Positions 56,515 through 64,000 of a stretch of 64,000 nucleotides of DNA are shown one piece after another (positions within the stretch are counted from its first letter, which is position 1; each line of letters starts with the position of its first letter). The stretch is from Vibrionaceae bacterium (GTDB taxonomy: Bacteria > Pseudomonadota > Gammaproteobacteria > Enterobacterales > Vibrionaceae), in assembly GCA_051650965.1 (NCBI GenBank), contig JBOFRL010000097.1, forward strand, positions 405 through 64,404, given 5' to 3'. A program made the translations under genes and the position numbers. The notes below the pieces were generated by a model. That model made no database searches and was not told where the DNA came from. It saw nothing but the letters and a program-made list of their open reading frames with translations.

Positions 56515-56799
56515 ATTACTGATTTAACCCGTTGTTATTAGTGTTTTTTATTTAACGTCTTAATTCTGATAGTGAAAAAAAAGGAGTTAAACGTAAACTT
56601 AAGGAAATTCAATCTAGTGCAGAAACCATGGGCATTTAGGTTGATCGAAGAGTAAGAAGCCGTTAGTAGATTTCTTATGGTTGTTAGTGTGTTGTGTTTG
56701 TATTTCGTGAGTCGAATTTAGGTTGTTCGATTTTATTTGTACGTGTGAAAGAGTTATTTATCACTACCCACATAGTCAATTAATGCAATGGAGAAAAGT

Positions 56800-57438
56800 A
56801 TGTTCTTATCAGCAAAAAAAATGAAAAAACAAGTCGGTATGACTTTATTAGAAGTCATTATCGTTCTGGGTATTATGGGGGTTATTGCGGCGGGCGTTGT
56901 CGTTCTCGCGCAACGTGCAATCGATAACCAAAATATCTCTAAATTAAGCCAGGCATTAAATACTATCCAAACTGGTCTTATTCAAACATATAGAGGCAAA
57001 GCGTCTTACCCTGCAGTGTCAACAGCAGCTGAAATTCAGCAACTAAGGGAAGCGTTGGTTTCAATGGGACGTGCATCTGATACTGACTTTTTAAACCCAT
57101 TCACAGGTGACCCAATTGACGTGCTAACCACAGCTGTTAATGGCGTGCCAAATAAAGCTTTTGGTATTCGCGTTGGTAACTTGAGCCAAGAGCAATGCCG
57201 CTCTGTGATCACATCTGCAACGGATCTCTTTACGTTCATCCAAATCACAGCACCAGGCGGCACCATTGCACCAGATCAATATGTTGATGCAGTGGCAGAT
57301 ACCGGTATGAACATTATCAAATCTCCTACAGGTAATGGTCAGCAATTCGACGTAGCAAACCTAGAGCACATCACTAACTTATGTGGCGGCTCAACAGGTG
57401 CTAATGCGTTCTACGACGTGTATGTCGGCGGCCGATAA
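56800..57438 (+). CDS. tcpA: Type IVb major pilin, TcpA-like
   Basis: Prepilin site KKQVG|MTLLEVIIVLGIMGVIAAGVVVLAQRAID, with Met1 and Glu5, closely resembling the TcpA alpha1. Mature length 199 aa; Cys120 and Cys182 delimit the D-region. ATG at 56800 has GGAG 6 nt upstream; the ORF-track start is 56788. Confidence 0.9.
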   Translation: MFLSAKKMKKQVGMTLLEVIIVLGIMGVIAAGVVVLAQRAIDNQNISKLSQALNTIQTGLIQTYRGKASYPAVSTAAEIQQLREALVSMGRASDTDFLNPFTGDPIDVLTTAVNGVPNKAFGIRVGNLSQEQCRSVITSATDLFTFIQITAPGGTIAPDQYVDAVADTGMNIIKSPTGNGQQFDVANLEHITNLCGGSTGANAFYDVYVGGR

Positions 57439-57470
57439 TATCAATTAGTTATTGAGTAATTAGGTGAGAC

Positions 57471-58841
57471 ATGCTGCTAAAGCAACGGGGTGTAACGTTA
57501 CTAGAAGCAATTCTCGCCGCGGGAATATTAGGTTGGGTGATGGCATATGCCGGAACCCAACTTATGAGATACGCGGAGAGCAGAGTGCTAGATAGTACGG
57601 CAAAGAGGATGGTTGAAGATCTGAAGTGGGCACGGGATTTTCTGGAAACGCAAAAGTTTCCGCTTACTCAACCAAATCCAACAGGAAATGCTTCTCAACT
57701 TGGACTGTTTTATCGTCACAATGTTGAGTATAAGTTTGATGGTCCAGTATTAGGGCCGCACGATAGATATTATGTTACCGATCAATTTTTGCCAATGAAA
57801 CAAGAAAGTTGTCCAGAAGGTGGTGATCTTTCGCAATACCTTGAAAATGGATTACACATCGCTCCTTGCGGATATAACGGATTTAAAGGGTTGGTGAGTT
57901 TTACAGGTCTCTACGTTTATTTAAAAAAATATAACAATATTGCTATGCCAGATATAATATCATCGCCATTTTTTTTCGATACGTATTATATAATAAATGA
58001 CATAAATTATTTCGATGACATGCTTTCAGTCGCAACAAGATTATCGAATGTAGAAAGAGAAGATGGTTTTAGAGTTTTTGATAAAAATATATATTTAGCT
58101 ATTTATGATAAAAATGGACTCGGTCATATTCCTGATCAAGCAAGTTGGGTTTCATTAGAAACTGTATTAAGTAATGATTTAACGGTATTGCAAACATTTA
58201 AAACTGTAGCTGAAGCTGATACAGCCAGAAAAATCGGAATAGTAATAAGAACAAGACTCAATGAATCGAGCGTATATTTGAAAAGAGATGGCTCAATCAC
58301 AATGGAAAAAGATAAGGCACTTTGTTGGTCAACAGAAAATAATAATTTAATGCCATGTATCTCGTCTTTTTCTTCTACTGATAGCCCTGAATTAGTGAAT
58401 TCTATTGTTGTTGACGCACCTAATTTTTTATATGGAAAAGATGTGAAAAGATCGCCGCCAATTGTTGGTTATCACACCTTTTCAAATGGGAATGCGGTAA
58501 GGATCCCTCATATGAAGTGTCCATTTGATGACACAGGAAATATTAAAACAGTTGAAAAAATAGTAGCGATGCCTAGCTCTTTTTCAACTGGCTCTGAGAA
58601 CAGCACAAATTTTACAGACCCAAGTAATATAGTGAGTAAAGGTACAAAAGGTGCAAATGGTAAACATGCTTTTACTGCAGGTTTGTCACTTGAATGGACT
58701 GATGATACAGATAAATCTGAATGGGTTGTTAAAGGTTCTGTTGCTATTGATTCTGCTTATTCTGAAGCAAACAATAATAGCTCAGTAATTAGAAATCCAA
58801 ATTCGATATCATTTATTACGCTGCAATGGTGTGAGGGATAA
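57471..58841 (+). CDS. tcpB: Type IVb minor/tip pilin, TcpB-like
   Basis: Short leader MLLKQRG|VTLLEAIL with Glu5; 456 aa; six Cys; beta-rich C-terminus ending NP.SISFITLQWC; directly after the major pilin. Confidence 0.8.
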   Translation: MLLKQRGVTLLEAILAAGILGWVMAYAGTQLMRYAESRVLDSTAKRMVEDLKWARDFLETQKFPLTQPNPTGNASQLGLFYRHNVEYKFDGPVLGPHDRYYVTDQFLPMKQESCPEGGDLSQYLENGLHIAPCGYNGFKGLVSFTGLYVYLKKYNNIAMPDIISSPFFFDTYYIINDINYFDDMLSVATRLSNVEREDGFRVFDKNIYLAIYDKNGLGHIPDQASWVSLETVLSNDLTVLQTFKTVAEADTARKIGIVIRTRLNESSVYLKRDGSITMEKDKALCWSTENNNLMPCISSFSSTDSPELVNSIVVDAPNFLYGKDVKRSPPIVGYHTFSNGNAVRIPHMKCPFDDTGNIKTVEKIVAMPSSFSTGSENSTNFTDPSNIVSKGTKGANGKHAFTAGLSLEWTDDTDKSEWVVKGSVAIDSAYSEANNNSSVIRNPNSISFITLQWCEG

Positions 58842-58844
58842 CAA

Positions 58845-59450
58845 ATGGTTAGAGGTTTGCTATTATTGTTCTTTTTATTTATTACTGGCTGCTCAGCAGA
58901 TATGTATGCCAGCAATAATAAAGATGAAGATGATTTTTTTGGAGTGTCTGAAGAGCCATTCGAATTAGAAGATAATTCAGCAACTATTGTGGATGATACT
59001 ACTTATTCTGATGGCGTAAATACAATTCCAAAAATAGGCATCACAGAAGCAGAAAATAATTACGCTGCAGCGAATAGTGTTGAAGGCCTTCCTATACAAA
59101 CAATAAGCTACACCCCTAATAAGCCTGCAGAAAGCTTTGTTTCACCCATGCCAGCAGAGGCGAGAGCAACATTAAAAGAAGATCCAGTAAAAATTTCTTA
59201 CACACTTTCTTTAAAGAATGGCGATTCATTAAAAAGTAAACTCAATCTCTTCTTAAAGCAGTATGGCTATAAATTAATATGGAAGACTGAGTATGATGTA
59301 TTTTTCGAAAATGAAGTTGTTTATTACAATGATTCATTTATTCCTTTATTGAAAAACATTGCATCAGATTTAATGGGCATGGGAATTGATGTCCACATGA
59401 ATGTCTATGTTAAAAATAATGTTGTGCTGGTTTACTCAGTGAGAAATTAA
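58845..59450 (+). CDS. tcpQ: TcpQ-domain secretin-associated lipoprotein
   Basis: Lipobox FITG|CS, acidic linker and C-terminal TcpQ-like domain (LKNGDSLKSKL…YGYKLIWKTEYD); sits between tcpB and the secretin. Confidence 0.65.
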   Translation: MVRGLLLLFFLFITGCSADMYASNNKDEDDFFGVSEEPFELEDNSATIVDDTTYSDGVNTIPKIGITEAENNYAAANSVEGLPIQTISYTPNKPAESFVSPMPAEARATLKEDPVKISYTLSLKNGDSLKSKLNLFLKQYGYKLIWKTEYDVFFENEVVYYNDSFIPLLKNIASDLMGMGIDVHMNVYVKNNVVLVYSVRN

Positions 59451-59451
59451 A

Positions 59452-60900
59452 ATGAAAAAAAACATAATTACAGCAGCGCTCATATTATCTTTGTCATCAT
59501 GTTCATTTACGTCAAATACGCCTGAAGCAGATGAGAATTTAGATAAGATCATAGAGGATGGAATTTCTTCCTTAAATAAGAGGACGGATAATTTCAGTGT
59601 TTTTGATGGCTCTTACGTCACGGTTGAAAAGAATGTTACGCATTCTAAACATTATCGCGACCCAATAGATTTCTTTGGCGTCAAGCCAATGAATATCCAT
59701 CAAACATTAGATATGTTGGAAAATTTATATAACAGACCATCCTATATCGCAGATATAAATAGCATCAAAGAAGAGTTGCGCGAACAAATTAATAAAGATG
59801 AAAAGCGAGTGGTATTTAAAGGAAACTTGGGTGACTTTTTAAATTACCTTGGCAAATTGTACGGCGTTACAATGACCTTGGATGAAAAAGACATCATCAA
59901 AGTTAACTTTTACACATCAAAAACTTATACCCTCGATCAATATCTTGATGGTAATAAAGCGTCAGCTGCGCTTTCCGTTGGTGGTGGTGAAGGGAACAGC
60001 GGCGGCTTGACAGCAAGTTCAGAAAGTAAAGTGGAATCAGACACTTGGAAAAAAGTGGAAAAATTCCTTGATGACGCAATCGGTGAAGATGGCCGCGCGA
60101 CCATTTTAGAAGATTTTTCAATCGTTAAAGTGACGGCAAGGCCTTGGGTTATCGACGAACTCGATGAGCTATTCGATCGACTCAAAAAAGAAAGTCAAAT
60201 GCAGGTTTCTGTTAAATATAGAATTATTGCAATTAGCAAAGAAAAAATAGATCAACTTGCGGCAAAATTTGGTATTAACAGAGTCGGTGATGATTACACC
60301 ATTTTGACCGACATTGTTGACGCCATTTCATTAAGTCAAGTTGGCGGCGGCTTAGCAGGAACGCGTCGCTCAGTAGAAGGGCGGCTTGATGCGATAGTTA
60401 AAAGTATTTCACAAGAAACGATCAGCAAAGGGCAAATGGTCGGTTTACCTAACCGCATCATGCCAATAAATTTGACTACCACAACATCGTATATTCAAGA
60501 AATCACAAGAGAGCAAAACGATAATACCGGTAATATCAACCAGTCTACTAAAGCGGGCGAAATTACCACGGGATTGAGCATATTAATATTGCCAAAAGTT
60601 TTAGATGATGGCCGTATTCAATTAACATCCGGTTTTACTGAGAAGAAATTAGTTAAATTAAGTTCATTAGATGGCGTGCAATTACCGACTATCGATGAAA
60701 CAGAAACATTATCCACTGTCACAATTGATTCTGGCAGCATCGAGATGATAGCCCTTTATACCGAAACCGCCAGAAATAATGAAAAAGGTATGCAGCTGCT
60801 TGGCGCCGGTATTGAAAAGAAAAAAGATGACAGAATGATAGCCGTATTAATTGGAGCCGACAGTTACAAATTATCTAGCTCAGTATCGAAAAGGGGCTAG
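59452..60900 (+). CDS. tcpC: Type IVb pilus outer membrane secretin lipoprotein, TcpC-like
   Basis: Lipobox LSS|CS; 482 aa; N-domain SESKVESDTWKKVE, secretin motifs PINLTTTTSYI and TTGLSILILPKVL.DGRIQL, and QLPTIDE. Confidence 0.88.
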   Translation: MKKNIITAALILSLSSCSFTSNTPEADENLDKIIEDGISSLNKRTDNFSVFDGSYVTVEKNVTHSKHYRDPIDFFGVKPMNIHQTLDMLENLYNRPSYIADINSIKEELREQINKDEKRVVFKGNLGDFLNYLGKLYGVTMTLDEKDIIKVNFYTSKTYTLDQYLDGNKASAALSVGGGEGNSGGLTASSESKVESDTWKKVEKFLDDAIGEDGRATILEDFSIVKVTARPWVIDELDELFDRLKKESQMQVSVKYRIIAISKEKIDQLAAKFGINRVGDDYTILTDIVDAISLSQVGGGLAGTRRSVEGRLDAIVKSISQETISKGQMVGLPNRIMPINLTTTTSYIQEITREQNDNTGNINQSTKAGEITTGLSILILPKVLDDGRIQLTSGFTEKKLVKLSSLDGVQLPTIDETETLSTVTIDSGSIEMIALYTETARNNEKGMQLLGAGIEKKKDDRMIAVLIGADSYKLSSSVSKRG

Positions 60901-60902
60901 CT

Positions 60903-61373
60903 ATGTTTGATGAGTTTGTCTGGCTAATAAAAGGCGATGATTCTTATCGTAATTACCTAGCTAAAAAATGGCGTACGGTAATTAGTGTCAAAATGAAAAA
61001 TGGGGATGTTTATTTTTGCTTGTCTAAAAATAAACAATTTGTTAGTGATGAAGAAAAAACAAAATTACTCGCCCCTATTTGTGTAAATAATGACGAGTAT
61101 AAAGATTGCATTGTTGTTTTAGATGAAGACGAACAAGCAGGTTTTGTTTGGATACAGAAACGTTGTTTTTGTATAAGCAGAAAAATGATTGATGATTTTT
61201 CAAAATCAGAGCTAAGTTTTTTCTCTGGCAGAAAAGTAAATATTAAATCTGCTTCGAAGATGGTCTCTGAAAATGCAATTGTTGTTAAATCATCGTCATT
61301 TGTGACAATAGTGTTGCTGAATCTTTTTGCGGTACTCTTGTTTGCCGCTGGAGTTTATGTATGGTTGTTTTAG
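60903..61373 (+). CDS. tcpR: Pilus biogenesis protein, TcpR-like (by synteny and size)
   Basis: 156 aa with a C-terminal TM helix; fifth position in the A-B-Q-C-R-D-S-T order. Confidence 0.5.
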   Translation: MFDEFVWLIKGDDSYRNYLAKKWRTVISVKMKNGDVYFCLSKNKQFVSDEEKTKLLAPICVNNDEYKDCIVVLDEDEQAGFVWIQKRCFCISRKMIDDFSKSELSFFSGRKVNIKSASKMVSENAIVVKSSSFVTIVLLNLFAVLLFAAGVYVWLF

Positions 61374-62146
61374 ATAAGATCAGATTGCCATCTAAAGCGG
61401 TGATGATATATATAGTGATTTTTATAATATTCTCCATTGTTATTGCAACGGGTTATTTTTATAAAACACGTACTAGGACTGATGCCAGCGCACAATTGGC
61501 AAAACAAAAACAGATGAAAATAGATAACGATCGAGCGAGCTATACATCTGGAATAGATACAATATTGCAATCAAGTGATATAAAAGAATTAAAGAAAATG
61601 TATGGTCTTCTTTTGGGTGATTTTAAGTTCATGCAGGCTGCAGGTTGGAGAGCAAATGAAGCACTCTGCACTGTAAATTCATGCAACTTATCATTCAAAA
61701 AAATACCAAATAGGATGTTTGAGTATGTCGTTATAAAAAAGGGGGATAAAACTTATGAACCTATATTTAATGAAGAGCAAATGACTTTTCAAGACGTGAT
61801 ATTAGACATTAATTTAAAAGCAAATGAAGTTTATAAAGATAATATGGATAATGTGTCTGACTGCAAAAGTTTTATCTCAAAAACTTATCAGCTGAATAAT
61901 CTGTTTCAGTCAGACTCGCAAAAGAAATTAACTTTAACAATGCCATCGTCTGTATTTTCGCTGAGCCAAACGTATGACTGGGCAAAATATGCAGAGATCA
62001 AAAAAGGAAATATGCTATTTAGTACGGATAATCTTCTTGCGATAGATTTTATAAATGATCAGTTCAGTGACCAAATCATCACCTATGACAGATTAGCCAT
62101 GAGTGATAAGGGAATGAATATTTCATTGAGTTATTACTGTTTTTAA
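61361..62146 (+). CDS. tcpD: Bitopic inner membrane pilus protein, TcpD-like
   Basis: 261 aa; N-terminal TM (AVMIYIVIFIIFSIVIATGYFY); periplasmic domain with GW…ALCTVNSC; sixth position. Confidence 0.55.
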   Translation: MVVLDKIRLPSKAVMIYIVIFIIFSIVIATGYFYKTRTRTDASAQLAKQKQMKIDNDRASYTSGIDTILQSSDIKELKKMYGLLLGDFKFMQAAGWRANEALCTVNSCNLSFKKIPNRMFEYVVIKKGDKTYEPIFNEEQMTFQDVILDINLKANEVYKDNMDNVSDCKSFISKTYQLNNLFQSDSQKKLTLTMPSSVFSLSQTYDWAKYAEIKKGNMLFSTDNLLAIDFINDQFSDQIITYDRLAMSDKGMNISLSYYCF

Positions 62147-62157
62147 AGAGACTTATC

Positions 62158-62571
62158 ATGAAATATAAAATATTTGCAGCATTACTGTTTTTTCCTATTA
62201 CGATTTTATCTGCGAGTGATCTTGTAGAATATGAGCGCCATTACGAAGATCTTAATCGCCTGAAAAATACATTGGAAAAATTGGAGTTACAAAAAAAGAT
62301 CAACGAAGTGCAAATGCAAATTGACAAAGATGCCTTTGCTAATTCGCCACAGCCAATTTTACCTGAAGGAGAATTTGGAAATGAAGTTTTTTCTCCCAAG
62401 GATCTCACGCTTCTTTATTTAATTGGCTCTGGAAAAAGTACTAAGGCGTTTGTACAGCACAAGGATAAAACCCTTTCATTTGCCAATGGCCAGAGTTACC
62501 AAGGATGGCTTGTGAAAATAGATGGGAAATCCGTAACTTTTTCAAAAGGCGGCAGTAGCGTTACATTATGA
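62158..62571 (+). CDS. tcpS: Periplasmic pilus protein, TcpS-like (type IVb PilP-like)
   Basis: 137 aa; signal peptide, coiled coil (LKNTLEKLELQKKINEVQ) and small beta domain; ATGA overlap with the ATPase. Confidence 0.55.
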   Translation: MKYKIFAALLFFPITILSASDLVEYERHYEDLNRLKNTLEKLELQKKINEVQMQIDKDAFANSPQPILPEGEFGNEVFSPKDLTLLYLIGSGKSTKAFVQHKDKTLSFANGQSYQGWLVKIDGKSVTFSKGGSSVTL

Positions 62572-64000
62572 AAATATATGTGCTTGATTCCATAGAAAAA
62601 GTGTCATTCTTTCGGGACAGCAACCAGATTGTTGCTAGAGTCAATAGCATTTTGTATCAAGTTGTTGCTGAAAATCAGCTGCATCAATTATTGATGAATT
62701 ACCAGCTATCCGATGAACGCAGTGGCGATGATTCTAACTTCATTGTGACGACCAATGAGCATTTCACTTTATTAGAAAATCAATTTCTAAAAAGGAATTC
62801 TGATGACGCGAACCCTAATCGCAGTTTGTCAGAAGAGCGCATTGTCAATGTGTTAGAAGAGGCGATAAAGCAAAAGGCCAGTGACGTTCATTTTATACGT
62901 GGTGATAGTACAGCGAGAATTAAGTTCCGTATTAACGGAAAAATGACAATAAACCAAGAGGTTATGGGGGCGGAGTGTGATGAGATGCTATTCGTTCTTT
63001 ATAACGTAATGGCATCGACAAAAGAAACAACGTGGAACACAAAAACTCCGCAGGATGCGAACATTTTGCTTGATGTAAATCGCGTGGGTTACCGCTTCCG
63101 TTATGCGCACATGCCTATTTTTGGTGTTGGCGTAGGCGGAAGTGCGTATCACGCTGTTGTAAGGGTTATTTATCCAAACTTGGGTAAACAAGTGTGTACT
63201 GATCTTTCTACACTTGGCCTGCGCAAAATTGAAGAAAAAATTATCGACCGTATTCTTTCAAACCCATCGGGCTTGGTTGTTGTGTCGGGTGTAACCGGCT
63301 CGGGTAAGTCGACGTCACTGAAAAACTATATGGAATACCTGTTCTACACCAAATATCAAGAGACGGGCACCTTTTTGACGGTCGAAGATCCCGTGGAATA
63401 CGTAATTGAAGGGGCGCAGCAAAGCTCTGTAACCAAATCTAAAGATGACGAAAATTTATTTGCCGTTGCCGTGCGCTCATCGATGCGCCGCGATCCCGAT
63501 GTGTTGATGATCGGTGAAATTCGTGACCAAGATACAGGGCGCGCCTTAGCATCTGCTGTTGAGTCCGGCCACTTATGTTTAACCACTGTCCATGCGGGTA
63601 ACTGCGTTGGTGTGCTGCAGCGCTTAAATGGCTTAGGTGTTGGCTTAGATAAATTATCAACACCGGGCTTTATTGTCGGTGTCATGAACCAAAAGCTGGT
63701 TCCCGTTATCTGTCCTGATTGCTCAGTTGAATTCACCAATGCCCACGGCCGTACTGTGAGGCATGAAGGCGATGGCTGCGAAACTTGCAAGCAAAAAGGA
63801 ATTGTTGGAAGAAAGCTTGTCATTGAGCAGATGATACCGGATCTTGAAGTGCTAAAAATGGTATCAGAGCAGCAGTGGGTTGATATTTATGCATATAACA
63901 AGTCAAAAAGAAGCACTGAAGGGCTCGGTGAAGGGTTTTCTATAAAAGATAAAATTTACCATCTTTGCCTAGAAGGACTCGTTTGCAACAAATACTTTAA
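62568..64000 (+). CDS. tcpT: Pilus assembly ATPase, TcpT-like (GspE/PilB family); 3' end truncated by the window
   Basis: Not in the ORF track. Reading frame from ATG 62568 (MKIYVLDS…) checked in segments through to 64000: ASDVHF, Walker A VSGVTGSGKST (63282), TVEDPVEY, Walker B RRDPDVLMIGEIRD, ESGH…TTVHA and Zn motif CPDC…GCETC. Confidence 0.92.
   Translation, partial: MKIYVLDSIEKVSFFRDSNQIVARVNSILYQVVAENQLHQLLMNYQLSDERSGDDSNFIVTTNEHFTLLENQFLKRNSDDANPNRSLSEERIVNVLEEAIKQKASDVHFIRGDSTARIKFRINGKMTINQEVMGAECDEMLFVLYNVMASTKETTWNTKTPQDANILLDVNRVGYRFRYAHMPIFGVGVGGSAYHAVVRVIYPNLGKQVCTDLSTLGLRKIEEKIIDRILSNPSGLVVVSGVTGSGKSTSLKNYMEYLFYTKYQETGTFLTVEDPVEYVIEGAQQSSVTKSKDDENLFAVAVRSSMRRDPDVLMIGEIRDQDTGRALASAVESGHLCLTTVHAGNCVGVLQRLNGLGVGLDKLSTPGFIVGVMNQKLVPVICPDCSVEFTNAHGRTVRHEGDGCETCKQKGIVGRKLVIEQMIPDLEVLKMVSEQQWVDIYAYNKSKRSTEGLGEGFSIKDKIYHLCLEGLVCNKYF

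Larger units (their letters stand above)
56277..64000 (+). mobile_element. AT-rich, probably horizontally acquired island carrying a TCP-like type IVb pilus operon (right end outside the window)
   Basis: Sample 60-bp lines in the tcpB-like gene are 23-35% GC against about 55% in mukB, and the GCGC-rich codon style is lost. No integrase or att site seen, so mobility is inferred from composition only. Confidence 0.6.

Noticed and set aside
57439-57470. Attenuator hairpin after tcpA (TCAAT-TAGTT-ATTGA)
   Set aside because: Only a 5-bp AT-rich stem with no U-tract; too weak to call, although pilin operons often have such an element.

Overview
A 64-kb chromosomal window from a Vibrionaceae-like gammaproteobacterium; the taxonomy is inferred from gene content and order (udk-asmA-cobO, mukFEB, a Vibrio-type beta-barrel and short TetR). 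About 56 kb is core genome at roughly 50-55% GC in hand-counted sample lines: metG, udk, asmA, cobO, cmoM-mukFEB, elyC, yebST(letAB), proQ-prc, rlmI, speA, galETKM, aat-cydCD-trxB, lrp-ftsK-lolA-rarA-serS, tRNA-Pro(TGG), a LonC-type protease, acyP, tusE and yccA. A patch of accessory genes lies in the middle: a split class II B12-dependent ribonucleotide reductase (nrdJa/nrdJb), a solo Mrr nuclease and a MATE pump. The standout is the last ~7.7 kb, an AT-rich type IVb pilus operon with the gene order of the Vibrio cholerae toxin-coregulated pilus (tcpA-B-Q-C-R-D-S-T, running off the window). It abuts yccA with no tcpI/P/H, integrase, tRNA or att site visible on this side. It has a divergent 199-aa pilin with a probable 13-aa leader, a lipoprotein TcpQ with an acidic extension, and a toxbox-like upstream region. 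The tcpT ATPase (62568 to the end) is missing from the supplied ORF track. Secondary signals: several genes usually found in these conserved blocks are absent locally (apbC, msrC, rsmF, galR, speB), rlmI and acyP may be separated by a ~26.5-kb inversion, and several terminators are nearly loopless palindromes. No databases were searched; family calls rest on recalled motifs and synteny.
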